NCBI GenBank assembly: GCA_963782855.1
Contig: CAWALW010000017.1
Span: forward strand, 9,823 to 73,822
Origin: an uncultured Alphaproteobacteria bacterium
Lineage (GTDB): Bacteria; Pseudomonadota; Alphaproteobacteria; Rhizobiales; Hyphomicrobiaceae
Direction of reading: 5' to 3'
DNA length: 64,000 nt
The translations under genes and the position numbers were made by a program. The notes below the pieces were generated by a model that ran no database searches, was not told the DNA's origin, and saw nothing but the letters and a program-made list of their open reading frames with translations. Positions within the stretch are counted from its first letter, which is position 1. Every line of letters begins with the position of its first letter. Shown here piece by piece: positions 17,537 through 28,570 of the stretch.

Positions 17537-20419
17537 GTGTCGGCGCCGGTTCTGCACGACGGCCAGCGTGCGTCCACCGTCCTTGCCGATCTCGAACGCC
17601 GTTGCGGCGACGATCCCGCTTTGGCCTCACTGCAACCGGTGCTGGGCGAGCGCGCCGTGCGCGACCTGCTCGCCGGCATCTTCGGTGCCTCTCCCTTCCT
17701 GACGAGCCTGATCGAGCGCAATCCCGCCGCTCTGCTTGCGTCGCTGACGAGGGCGCCGGAGGAACACTTCGACGCGCTTGTGCGCGAGGCCCGCACCGCC
17801 GCGCAGGCGAACACCGCGGCCGACGCCATGCGCATCCTGCGCCTCTTCAAATCCGACATTGCCCTGCTGACCGCGCTCTGCGACCTCGGCGGTGCTTGGC
17901 CGGTCATGGACGTTGCGCGCCGGCTCTCGGAGGCCGCCGATGCCGCCGTGGCCGCTGCCGTCGACTTCCTGTTCGCCCAGGCGCGCGCCAAGGGCGACTG
18001 GCTCCCGCCCGATGCGAGCGGCTACTTCGTCATCGCCATGGGCAAGCATGGCGCCTTCGAACTCAACTACTCCTCCGACATCGATCTCATCGTCTTCTAC
18101 GACCTCGACGCCCTGCGCCTGCGTCCCGGCCTCGAACCGCAAGGCTTCCTGGTGCGTCTCACGCGCGATCTCGTCCGCCTCCTGCACGAGCACACCGAGC
18201 ACGGCTACGTCTTCCGCACGGATTTGCGCCTGCGCCCCGATCCCGGCTCCACGCCGCTCGCCATCTCCACCGAAGCCGCCTTCAACTACTACGAGAGCGT
18301 CGGCCAGAACTGGGAACGCGCCGCCCTCATCAAGGCGCGGCCCATCGCCGGCGACATCGAGGCCGGCCGCGATTTCCTCACGAGCCTCGCCCCGTTCATC
18401 TGGCGCAAATATCTCGACTTCGCAGCCATCGCCGACATCCACGCCATGAAGCGGCAGATCCACGCCTTCCGCGGCTTCGGCCAGGTCGCGGTCGCCGGAC
18501 ACGACATCAAGGTCGGCCGCGGCGGCATCCGCGAGATCGAGTTCTTCGCCCAGACGCAGCAGCTCATCGCCGGCGGCCGCCAGCCCGACCTGCGCGTGCC
18601 GCAGACGCTTCTCGCCCTGGAGCGACTGGAATCGCGCGGGTGGATCAAGGACGGCGTGCGGCTTGAGCTCGATCAGGCCTACCGCTTCCTGCGCACCGTC
18701 GAGCATCGCCTGCAGATGATCGCCGACGAGCAGACGCAGACGCTGCCCGAGGATCCCGCACGCCTCGCCGCGCTCGCGCACTTCTGCGGTTTCGCGGATA
18801 CGCCGGCCTTCGCCGCGCGTCTCACGGCCGAGCTGGAACGTGTACAGGGCCACTACGTTCACCTGTTCGAGGACAGCCCCGAGCTGACGCGTGGCGGGAC
18901 CAACATGGTGTTTGCCGGCGAAGCCGACGACCCGGCAACCGTGGAGGCCCTCGCCGCCATGGGCTACAAGCGCCCGCAGGCGGTGATATCAGGCGTGCGC
19001 GGCTGGCATCACGGCCGCTATCCGGCGGTGCGCAGCGCGCGTGCCCGTGAACTTCTCACCGAGGTGCAGCCGGTCCTGATCGACGCGCTCGCCAAGACGG
19101 CGGATCCCGATCTCGCCTTCCTCGGCTTCGACCGTTTCCTGTCCGAACTTCCTTCCAGCGTTCAGCTCTTCTCGCTCCTGAAGCAGAACCCGGGCCTGCT
19201 CGAACTCATCGCCGCCATCATGGGCACGGCCCCGCGGCTCGCGCGCATCCTGAGCAAGCGGCGCCGCGTGCTGGACGCCGTGCTGGCTCCCGGCTTCTTC
19301 GGCACCCTTCCCAACGAAGGCGATCTCGCCAACATCGTTGCTGCCGAACTCTCAGGCGTCGATGACGTCCAGGAGGTGCTCGACCGCGCGCGTCTTGTCG
19401 GCAACGAGCAGGCGTTCCTTGTCGGCGTGCGCGTGCTCACCGGCACCATCAGCGCCTCGCAGGCCGGCGGCGCCTACGCGCTGCTTGCCGAGCGCATGAT
19501 CGGCGCCATGCAGGCCGAGGTGGAGCGCGATCTCGCCCGCACGCACGGGCGCGTGCCGGGTGCCGCCGTTGCCGTCATCGCCATGGGCAAGCTCGGCGGC
19601 CGCGAAATGACGGCCGCCTCCGATCTCGACCTCATCGTCATCTACGACTTCGATCCGAACGCGCAGGTCTCCGACGGCCTCAAGCCCCTGCCGCCCACGC
19701 TGTACTACACGCGCTTCACCCAGCGCCTCATCAGCGCGCTCTCCTCGCAGACGGCGGAGGGCAACCTCTACGAAGTCGACATGCGCCTGCGCCCCTCCGG
19801 CCAGAAGGGTCCCGTCGCCACGCAGCTCTCGAGCTTCGTCGACTACCAGCAGCGCGAGGCCTGGACCTGGGAGCACCTGGCGCTGACGCGTGCGCGCGTC
19901 GTGTCTGGCCCGCCGGCGCTGCGCGAGGCCGCAAACTTGGCCATCCACAAGATCCTCACCCTGTCGCGGGACCGCGCCAAGATCGCTGCCGACGTTCGCG
20001 ACATGCGCGCGCGCATCGAGAAGGAGAAGGGCACCAAGGACATCTGGGACCTGAAGCAGGTGCGCGGCGGCCTCGTCGATCTCGAATTCATCGCCCAGTA
20101 CCTGCAACTCGTGCACGCGGCCCGCCATCCCGGGATCCTGAGCCCCAACACCGTTACCGCTCTCTCCAACCTGCACCAGGCCGGCCTCCTGCCCGCCTCT
20201 GCCGCTGACGACCTTCTCCCCGCGGCGCGCCTCCTCAGCAATCTCACGCAGATCCTGCGCCTGTGTCTGGACGGCCCCTTCAGCCCCGACACCGCTTCCG
20301 ACGGCCTGAAATCCCTTCTGGCGCGGGCTGGCGAAGCCCCTGATTTTGCCCGGCTGGAAGCCGATCTGGCTGCCCGCCAGGCCACCGTTTCAGCCCTTTT
20401 CGATACCCTGGTGGTTTGA
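17537..20419 (+). CDS. glnE: Bifunctional glutamine synthetase adenylyltransferase/adenylyl-removing enzyme GlnE
   Basis: Long uninterrupted frame with duplicated nucleotidyltransferase motifs (GKHGAFELNYSSDIDLIVFYD and GKLGGREMTAASDLDLIVIYD). The start is uncertain; GTG 17537 was chosen. The upstream part of the 17030 ORF overlaps the kinase gene out of frame. Confidence 0.85.
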   Translation: MSAPVLHDGQRASTVLADLERRCGDDPALASLQPVLGERAVRDLLAGIFGASPFLTSLIERNPAALLASLTRAPEEHFDALVREARTAAQANTAADAMRILRLFKSDIALLTALCDLGGAWPVMDVARRLSEAADAAVAAAVDFLFAQARAKGDWLPPDASGYFVIAMGKHGAFELNYSSDIDLIVFYDLDALRLRPGLEPQGFLVRLTRDLVRLLHEHTEHGYVFRTDLRLRPDPGSTPLAISTEAAFNYYESVGQNWERAALIKARPIAGDIEAGRDFLTSLAPFIWRKYLDFAAIADIHAMKRQIHAFRGFGQVAVAGHDIKVGRGGIREIEFFAQTQQLIAGGRQPDLRVPQTLLALERLESRGWIKDGVRLELDQAYRFLRTVEHRLQMIADEQTQTLPEDPARLAALAHFCGFADTPAFAARLTAELERVQGHYVHLFEDSPELTRGGTNMVFAGEADDPATVEALAAMGYKRPQAVISGVRGWHHGRYPAVRSARARELLTEVQPVLIDALAKTADPDLAFLGFDRFLSELPSSVQLFSLLKQNPGLLELIAAIMGTAPRLARILSKRRRVLDAVLAPGFFGTLPNEGDLANIVAAELSGVDDVQEVLDRARLVGNEQAFLVGVRVLTGTISASQAGGAYALLAERMIGAMQAEVERDLARTHGRVPGAAVAVIAMGKLGGREMTAASDLDLIVIYDFDPNAQVSDGLKPLPPTLYYTRFTQRLISALSSQTAEGNLYEVDMRLRPSGQKGPVATQLSSFVDYQQREAWTWEHLALTRARVVSGPPALREAANLAIHKILTLSRDRAKIAADVRDMRARIEKEKGTKDIWDLKQVRGGLVDLEFIAQYLQLVHAARHPGILSPNTVTALSNLHQAGLLPASAADDLLPAARLLSNLTQILRLCLDGPFSPDTASDGLKSLLARAGEAPDFARLEADLAARQATVSALFDTLVV

Positions 20420-20535
20420 CGCAGGGCAGCGACGGGAATGGCAAAGCCGCCCCGTTCTCAGGCCATCGCGCTGGATTTTTTACGCTAAGCTCGGATCGGA
20501 CGGGCAAAAAGCCGAGATTTCGGAGAGGCATATCG

Positions 20536-21148
20536 GTGCTGGCGCAAAGGATTGATGCTGGATCGGCGTCCCGGTCCAGGCCCGACGATACGGAGGACGA
20601 TGCCGGGTTGCTCGCGCGCGCCTCGGCGGGCGATGCGCAAGCCTTCCGGGGGCTCGTGGATCGGCACCTTCCTACGGTGCTGGCCATCGCGAGGCGGATG
20701 CTGCGGGACGACGCGGAGGCAGAGGATGTGGCGCAGGAGACACTATTAAGGCTCTGGCGCAATGCGGGCGCGCTCGAGTTGGGCGAAGGTGGCGTAAGGC
20801 CCTGGCTGCGACGGGTGGTTTCCAACCTGAGCATCGACAGGGTGCGTGCGAGAAGGAACACGACGGTCACGGATGCAGTGCCGGAGGAGATCGAGCCGGC
20901 CAACCAGGTCAGGCAAATCGCCGAGCGGGAGCTTGGCCAGCGCGTCGACGCCGCGCTCAAGTCTCTGCCGGAGCGGCAGCGATTGGCGCTTACCCTCTTC
21001 CACTACGAGGGCATGAGCCAGATCGAGGTCGGCGAGGCGATGGGCATATCGGATGAGGCGGTGGAATCGCTGTCTGGCGCGCGCGCGCAGGGCATTGAAG
21101 GTCACGCTGAAGGATGAATGGCTAAGCCTGTTGCCGGAGGCGGATTGA
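20536..21148 (+). pseudogene. ECF-type sigma-70 family RNA polymerase sigma factor
   Basis: GTG start after SD GGAGAGG. Region 2 AEDVAQETLLRLW. Region 4 ERQRLALTLFHYEGMSQIEVGEAMGISDEAVESL. A 1-nt insertion near 21073 truncates the tail (LARARRALKVTLKDEW continues in the other frame to TGA 21146-21148). Confidence 0.75.
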
Positions 21149-21186
21149 ATGTCGAAGCGGGGGCATGTGAAACAAGGTCTGAAGCA

Positions 21187-21687
21187 ATGACCAATACGAA
21201 CATGACGTTGACCGAGTTCGAGCGGCTCTTGGACGTGTACGGCGGTGCCCGCACCCGTTGGCCGGCCGATGCCCGCGCTGCCGCGGCCCAGCTTGTCGCC
21301 CGCGAAGCGAAGGCGCAGGTTCTCCTCGCCGAGGCCGAGGCCCTCGATCGCTTGCTGGAGCGGGCGCCCTTGCCCCCGCTGGCAAGGGAAGCCGAGCTGG
21401 CGGATCGCATCGTGTCCGCCGCTCAGCGCACCCCGCGCCTCGTCAGGATCGAGCCTGGGCTCGCCGCAGCGGAAACGCGACCGGCACAGGAGGCGACCGC
21501 AAGCAGGCGGGTGGGCTTCTTCCGCGCGGACTTGCGCAAGGCGGCAGTGCTGGCGGCATCGCTTCTGGCTGGCCTCTACCTCGGTCACTCCAACCTGCCG
21601 CAGCAGCTTTTCAACGGCACGAGCGATGTTTCGGCCGATCGTTACAACATGGCGCTCGCCGATCCGTTTGATGAGGACGTGCTATGA
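21187..21687 (+). CDS. Putative membrane-anchored anti-sigma factor / hypothetical protein
   Basis: MTNTNMTLTEFERLLDVYGGARTRWPADARAAAAQL, then a C-terminal TM AAVLAASLLAGLYLG. It sits directly after the ECF sigma gene, and its stop overlaps the next gene. Confidence 0.5.
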   Translation: MTNTNMTLTEFERLLDVYGGARTRWPADARAAAAQLVAREAKAQVLLAEAEALDRLLERAPLPPLAREAELADRIVSAAQRTPRLVRIEPGLAAAETRPAQEATASRRVGFFRADLRKAAVLAASLLAGLYLGHSNLPQQLFNGTSDVSADRYNMALADPFDEDVL

Positions 21688-22190
21688 GCTCGATGACCGT
21701 GGGCATGGACAAGCCGGGCGGGGGAAGGCTTGTGGCCCTCGCCCTTTTCGGATCGCTCGTACTCAACCTTGTGCTGATCGGTGCGACGGGCGGCTTCCTG
21801 CTGCGTCACGGGGGCGACGTTTGGGGAAGCCCGGCCGTCCAGCTCGTGCCGAACCTGGTCACCTACACCAGCACGCTGCCGGAGGAGCGCCGCAAGCAGC
21901 TATTGCTGCAAACGGAGGAGGCCCGCCGCACCATGCAGCCCCTCCGCCGGGACCTGAGGGCGGCGCGCGAGGAGACGTTGAAGATCCTCACCGCGCCGGC
22001 CTTCGACAAGCAGGCCTATGCGGACTCGCAGGCGAAGCTGATGGCGACCGATCGCAAAGCACGCGAGGCGATCTACAATCTCTATGGCGAGATTGCCACG
22101 CATCTGTCGCCCGAGGAACGCGCCGGCTTCATGCCTTGGCGGGAGAAGCACCGCCCGCGGCGCAATCTCCTCGACGACCCCCAGAAGTAG
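21684..22190 (+). CDS. Spy/CpxP-family periplasmic protein (periplasmic heavy-metal sensor type)
   Basis: N-terminal TM/signal RLVALALFGSLVLNLVLIGA, then a helical LPEERRKQLL...LRAAREETLKIL...LSPEERAGF pattern typical of the family. Confidence 0.55.
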   Translation: MSSMTVGMDKPGGGRLVALALFGSLVLNLVLIGATGGFLLRHGGDVWGSPAVQLVPNLVTYTSTLPEERRKQLLLQTEEARRTMQPLRRDLRAAREETLKILTAPAFDKQAYADSQAKLMATDRKAREAIYNLYGEIATHLSPEERAGFMPWREKHRPRRNLLDDPQK

Positions 22191-22212
22191 CGTCCGCTTT
22201 CTGCGCCGGGTT

Positions 22213-23188
22213 TCAGCCCCGCGGCGGGAACGCGACGCATGCCGCCCACCCGTTGTCGTCCACCCACAGGCTGAGCGTGGCGCCCTGCATCTCCAGCAGC
22301 AGCCGCGCCAGGATCACGCGCAGGCTGCCGCCGCTGGTGAACGCGTCCCCGGCAGCCGATCGCGCCGGCGTTGCTCCGTCGTTCTCGGAAGCCGCCACGC
22401 GGATCTCGATGCTCCGGGCGCCGGCCCGGCGGCGGCCCTTCACCTCGATCTGCGCACCGGAGCGGGCCCGGCCGACAGCCTCGCGCAGCAGGTGCTCGAG
22501 CGCCTGCTCCGTGGCACGTCGCTCGCACTCGATCTCGCAGGCATTGCAGTTCGACAGGACCAGCCGGCCGTCCTCGCCGGGGGCCACCCCTGATATCGTC
22601 GCCCAGGTCTTCTGCAGGAGTGTGCTGGCAAGGACGCGCTGGCGCCTTGACGATCCCCGGTTGGCCATCAGCGCCGACATGGTCGCGGTCACCGCCAGCG
22701 TATCCTCGGACGCCTTCAGCAGCCGGCCGCCGCTCTCGTTGATGTGGGAGACATATTCCTGGTAGCGCGCGTGGCCAAGCGGCCCATGCAACTCGCGCAG
22801 CATCACCTCCGAGAACCCGATCATCGCATTGAGAGGTGTGCGCAGCTCGTGGCTCATCTGCGTCAGCAGTTCGCTGGCGCCGCGTCTCGTTCGCGCTCTC
22901 CTCTACGACCTTGGAGGAAAGATCCTCTTTCTGCCCCTTCAGGGTGAAGAGCGCAGCTGCCGCACCCGTCGTCATCAGGAAGGCGAGCTGGAGCCCCGCG
23001 AGGCCCCCCATCGCGCCCGTTCCCGCCGACGGGTCATGCCATGCCATGGAAACCGTGACCGCCAGGCCGATAAGGTAAAGGCTCGCCGCCCCCCTGCCGA
23101 ACCAGCGCCAGTCCTGCGCTGCCGCGCCAGCCTCATCCGGCCGGCCACGGCAAAATATCCCCCGCAGGGGTGACGTGCCCGTCGCCAT
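22213..23188 (-). pseudogene. Small membrane histidine kinase with degenerate ATPase domain, one frameshift
   Basis: N-terminal TMs LYLIGLAVTVSMAW and LAGLQLAFLMTTGAAAALF. H-box MSHELRTPLNAMIGFSEV. The downstream domain lacks clear N/G1/G2 boxes. The frame changes near 22860-22880. Confidence 0.65.
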
Positions 23189-23351
23189 CCCTCGTCCCTC
23201 GCCCGAAAATGTCAGAAATGCTGCCCACTCGGATCCGCGCAGCGAAACACACCACGCGAATCACTGCAGTTACTTTGACTGACACCACAAAGGCTTGTCG
23301 AGTGGCGAAGCGCTTCTGCCGCAAAATTATGCGGCCTGTGTCCGCAGAGTC

Positions 23352-25998
23352 CTACTCGAGCATCTTGGAGACGATCTCGAATACATCGGGCGATAGCGGC
23401 TTCGATTTCGCGATCCTCTGCAGGGTTCTCTTTGCAACTCGCCGCCGCTCAGGCTCGAGCGCCTTCCAGCTGCGAAATGACGAGAGGAGCCTCGCCGCGA
23501 TCTGCGGGTTGAAGGCATCGATCTCCAGCACGCGATCGCCGATGTAGTCGTATCCGGCCCCATCAGGCCGGTTGAAGCCAACCGGGTTGGCGAAGGCGAA
23601 CGTGGAGATCAGCGAGCGCACCTTGTTCGGGTTTTGCATCGAAAACAGAGGGTGCCGCGTCAGCTTCTTGACGGTTGCCAGTGCGCTGGGCATCGGCGCG
23701 ACCGCCTGATAGGCGAACCAGTGGTCGATGACGAGGTGATCATCCTTCCAGCGCTGATAGAAGCGATCGAAGGCGGCTGCCCGCTCCGGCGACTTCATCT
23801 CCGACAGCATCGACAGGGCGGCGATTTCGTCGGTCAGGTTGCGGCTGGCCTTGAAGTGGGCGGCGACGCGAGCCACGTCGTCCGCCCGCCCGCGCCTCGC
23901 CATGTAGCCGAGAGCCACGATGCGCAGCGCCCGCTGGCCGGCCGGACCGGGCGCCGGGGAGTAGGGCCCCTTGACGTCCATCTCGCGGTAGACGCGGGCG
24001 AAGGCTTCATGCAGCCGCGTCCCGATCGACTTGCGCAGGGCCTTGCGGGCTTGGTGGATCGCCAGCGGGTCGACGTTGTGGGCGATCACGCGCGCAAGAT
24101 CGTTCTCGCTCGGCAGCATCAGGAACTGCGCGCGGTAGGCCGGCTCGAGCCTGTCGTCGCCGAGCGTCGCCGCCAGCGCTTCGATGAAATCCGTCTGCAG
24201 CGCGGCGGGCTTGCCAGCGCGCCGCGCCACCACAGCCTTGATCAGCACGCGCGTGGCGTAGTCCTGCGCCGCCTGCCAGCGGTTGAAGAGGTCGCTGTCG
24301 TGCGTCATCAGGAAGCGCAGGTCCGCATCCGGCCTGTTGATGGTGAGGTTCACCGGCGCCGAGAACTGCCGCAGCAGCGAAGGCACCGGCCGCGCCGGCA
24401 CGTCGCGGAAGCGGAGTTTCTCCGTCCGCTTGGTGAGTTCGACGAGACCGTTCGTGATCCGCTCCCCCGAGGCGAGCCTCAATTCCAGGTCGCGCCCGTC
24501 CTCGCCGATAAGACCGAGCCTCAGCGGCATGTGCAGCGGCTTCTTCTTCGCCTGCCCTGGCGTCGGTGCCAGCACCTGCTCGATGGAAAGCTCAGCCTGC
24601 TTTGCCTTTGCATCGTAGGTCAGCTCGCACACGAGCTCCGGCGTGCCGGCCTGCGCATACCACGTCATGAACTGCTTGAGGCTCTTGCCGGACGTCTCCT
24701 CGAAGCAGGCGACGAACTCCTCCACCGTCGCGGCCTCGCCGTCGTGGCGCTCGAAATAGAGGTCCATGCCTTTGCGGAAGCCCTCGCGCCCGAGCAGCGT
24801 CTGGATCATGCGCACGACCTCCGCACCCTTCTGGTAGACGGTCGCCGTGTAGAAGTTGTTGATCTCGATGTAGCGGTCGGGCCGCACGGGATGTGCGAGC
24901 GGTCCCGCATCCTCCGGGAACTGGCGCCGCCTTGAGCTGCCGCACCTCGTTGATGCGCTGCTCGGTTGCCGAACGCTCGTCCGCGCCGAACTCCTGGTCG
25001 CGGAACACGGTCAGCCCCTCCTTCAGGCACAGCTGGAACCAGTCGCGGCAGGTGATGCGGTTTCCCGTCCAGTTGTGAAAATACTCGTGCGCAATGACGC
25101 GCTCGATCCCGAGGAACGAGCTGTCCGTGGCCGTCTCGGGCGACGCGAGCACGAGGCCATCGTTGAAGATGTTGAGCCCCTTGTTCTCCATCGCGCCCAT
25201 GTTGAAGTCGGAGACGGCAACGATGTTGAACACGTCGAGGTCGTATTCGCGCCCGAAGCGCTCCTCGTCCCAGCGCATGGAGCGCTTGAGGCAATCCATG
25301 GCCCAGGCGCAGCGGTCCTCCTTGCCCGGCTCCACGTAGATGCGCAGGTCGACCTTCCTGCCCGATGCCGTCGTGAAGTCGGAAGCAAACGAGGCAAGAT
25401 TGCCGCCCACCAGCGCAAACAGGTAGCTCGGCTTGGGATGCGGGTCACGCCACACGGCATAGTGGCGCTTGCCGCCGTCGCTCGTGCCCCGCTCGGCCGG
25501 ATTGCCGTTGGAGAGCAGCACAGGCGTCTCGTTGCGGTCTGCCTCGATCCGCACTTCGTAGGTCGCCAGCACATCGGGACGATCCGGGAAGTAGGTGATG
25601 CGCCGAAAGCCCTGCGCCTCGCACTGCGTGCAGTAGATGCCCTTCGACCGGTAGAGGCCCGTCAGCGCCTTGTTCGCCTCGGGATTGCAGGTGGTGGTGA
25701 TGTCGAGATCGAACTCGGCGGCAGGCACGTCCGCGATGATCAGCTCCCGCTCCGTCTTGCGATAGGCCTTCGCACCGAGCTCCCGCCCGTCGATGCGCAC
25801 GCTTTCCAGCTCCATCAGCTCGCCGTCGAGCCTGAGCGCGCCCGGCTTGGCCACCGCCGGGTTGGGACGCACCTTGCTCCGCGCCCGCACCTGCGTCCGG
25901 GTCGGATGCAGGGAAACATCGAGGCGCACATGAGAGACGAGATAACCGGGAGGCTTGTAATCCTTGAGCAGAATGGGGCGAGGCGTGTCGGTTTTCAT
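23352..25998 (-). pseudogene. pepN: Aminopeptidase N
   Basis: GAMENKGLNIFN and HEYFHNWTGNRITCRDWFQLCLKEGLTVFRDQEF (HExxH...E zinc motif). The C-terminal 511-aa part is in a second frame; the shift is near 24900-24930. Confidence 0.88.
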
Positions 25999-26084
25999 TC
26001 CTGCTCCATTGGGGAAGGGGCCGGCCGCGGCCCGCCAGTTCTTCATAGACGAACTGGCCCGCCCGGCAAAACGAACAAGCGATG

Positions 26085-27210
26085 CTACCCGAGGAACTCC
26101 CGCCGCACGCGCTCGGTGTGCTCGCCCAGCGCAGGCAGAGGGCCGAAGTCCGGCTCGCCTTCTCCCGAAAAGCGAGAGGGCGGAGCAGGGAGTTCGACGG
26201 TGCCGTGCGGGGAGTTCACGCTCACGCGCCGCAGGTGCGGATGGCGCAGCACGTCCACCACCTCGTTCACGCGCGCGAACGCGATCTCAGCCGCATCGAG
26301 CTGCTTGGATAGGGCCTCCACGTCATGCTGTGCGAAGTACCGCGCAACGAGTCCGTCGGTTTCCGCCCTGTTGGCGATGCGCGCCGGGTTGGTGGCAAAG
26401 CGCGGATCGGTGCCCAACTCGGGTGCGTCGAGCACCTTGCCGCACAGCACCCTCCACTCGCGATCGCTTTGGACGGCGATCAGGATCGGATGGCCGTCGC
26501 GCGCCTGGAACACGCCGTAGGGCGCGAGGCTGAAATGCGTGAGCCCCGTGCGCGTGCGCGGTTCGCCATGCTCGCCAAACAGGAGCGGCACCGTCATCCA
26601 TTCCATCATGGCGTCGAACATGGACACGCGGATGTCTGCGCCCTCCCCTGTCTTGGCGCGCCGCAGCAGCGCCTCCAGGATCGCCTCGTAGGCATGCAAT
26701 CCGGTGCCGATATCCACCAGCGAGACGCCCACGCGCGCCGGCCCGTCCGGTCCACCGGTGATGGAAGAAAGCCCCGACTCCGCCTGGATCAGCAGGTCGT
26801 AGGCCTTGCGAGCGCGGTACGGCCCCTCGTCGCCGTAGCCCGGAAATGGAGCAGCAGATGAGGCCGGGGTGCAGCTCCCGCAGGCGCTCCGGCGCATACC
26901 CCAGCTTGGCGAGCGCACCCGGCTTGAGGTTCTGCAGGAACACGTCCGCCTTGGCCAGCATGGCCTCGAACAGCTTGCGATCGTCGGGCTTGGTCAGGTC
27001 CATCACGACCGATTCCTTGCCGCGGTTGAGCCAGACGTGATGCGTGCTCTGCTCCTTGACGACGTAGTCGTAGTGCCGCGCGAAATCCCCTTCCGGCCGC
27101 TCGAGCTTGATGACCCGCGCCCCTGCATCGGCGAGCCGCCGCGCCGTCATGGGCGCAGCCACGGCCTGGTCGAGCGAGACGACGAGCGTGCCGGTCAGCG
27201 GTTTGGTCAT
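26085..27210 (-). pseudogene. CaiB/BaiF-family (class III) CoA-transferase
   Basis: MTKPLTGTLVVSLDQAVAAPMTARRLADAGARVIKLERPEGD...FLQNLKPG. After a shift near 26850: YGDEGPYRARKAYDLLIQAESGLSSITG. Confidence 0.8.
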
Positions 27211-27232
27211 GCTGATGCTTTGTTCCGCTTCT

Positions 27233-28424
27233 CTACTGCTGGAGCAACCCACGCCGCGCGAGGTTGCGCATCAGCGCGCCCGTCCCGAAGGTCCACGGTG
27301 CCGCCTCCGTCGAGAGCGTCATCCGGTTGACGAGCGTGCCGAACTCCGCCGCGCTGATCGTCGTGATGTCTCCTGCCTTGTGCGTGAAGCCCTGTCCCTT
27401 CGCGCCCCGATCCTTCACCGGCGAGAACATGGTGCCGAGGAACAGCACCGCGCCATCAGGATACTGGTGGTGGCGCCCCAGCATCTGCTTCACCAGATCG
27501 GCCGGATCGCGCGCGATCTCCGCCATCGACGAGCTGCCCTCCAGCGTGAACCCGTCCTCGCCTTCCACTTTCAGGCCGACCTCGACCTTGCGCACCGTAT
27601 CCAGGGTGAAATCCCCATCGAAGAAGCGCACGAACGGCCCGATCGCGGTCGATGCATTGTTGTCCTTGGCCTTCGACAGCAGCAGCGCAGAACGACCCTC
27701 CACATCACGCAGGTTGATGTCGTTGCCGAGCGTCGCGCCCACGATTGCCCCGCGCGAACTCACCACCAGCACGACCTCGGGCTCGGGATTGTTCCACGTC
27801 GAGATCGGATGCAGACCCGCTTCCATGCCGTGACCGACCGCCGACATCGGCTGGCCCTTGGTGAATATCTCCGCATCCGGCCCGATGCCCACCTCCAGGT
27901 ACTGCGACCACGCCCCCTGCTCGATCAGCACGCGCTTCAGCTCCGCCGCCTGCGCACTGCCCGGCACCAGCGTGCGGATATCGCCGCCGAGGTTGGCCTG
28001 CACGCTCTTGCGGATCGCCTCCGCCTTCTCGGGTGCGCCGCGCGCCTGCTCCTCGATCACCCGCTCCAGCATCGACAGCGGAAAGGTGACGCCGGCGGCC
28101 TTGATCGCCTGCAGGTCGTTCGGCGCCAGCAGCCACGGCTTGCCGGCGTCGCGGGTCTGCTCCGGCGTGTTCGCCAGGATGTCCGCCAGCGACGCCGACG
28201 CGCTCGCCTTTCGCTCCGCGCACGATCGCGGCCGGATCGGCGGCCTCGCACAGATCGCGCATGGTCGCGGCCGAACGCGAGATGTCGTAGACGCCGTCGG
28301 CCCGAATGGCCACCACCGCCGGGCCTTCCACCTTCGGCAGCCAGACGCGGCCCGCAAGCGCGCCCGCCGTTCCGTCCTTCGGCAGCGTGGCGTCCGCCGC
28401 CATGTATGAGGTCAGTGCGGCCAT
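27233..28424 (-). pseudogene. Fumarylacetoacetate hydrolase (FAH) superfamily protein, large (about 395 aa) XylX-like form
   Basis: C-terminal 374-aa frame with GNDINLRDVEGRSALLLSKAKDNNAS...GTMFSP. The N-terminal MAALTSYMAADATLPKDGTAGALAGRVWLPKVEGPAVVAIRADGVYDIS is in another frame; the shift is near 28200. Confidence 0.7.
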
Positions 28425-28570
28425 GCCTTCCTCCCGTTCAATGCTGAGCTGCAATCTTCTCGTTGGCTGCCGCGTGTGACGCCGGCGATGATTTGCTAGT
28501 GTCCTTGCGTATCGTAGGTACGAGCGACAGGCACACTAGCCGCTCGACCCGCAAGCTTCCAGGAGGAGAC

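Noticed and set aside
20430-20456. Possible ECF-type autoregulated promoter GGAAT...CGTT upstream of the sigma factor gene
   Set aside because: The spacer between GGAAT and CGTT is only about 13 nt, against the 16-17 nt expected. This is likely a chance match.
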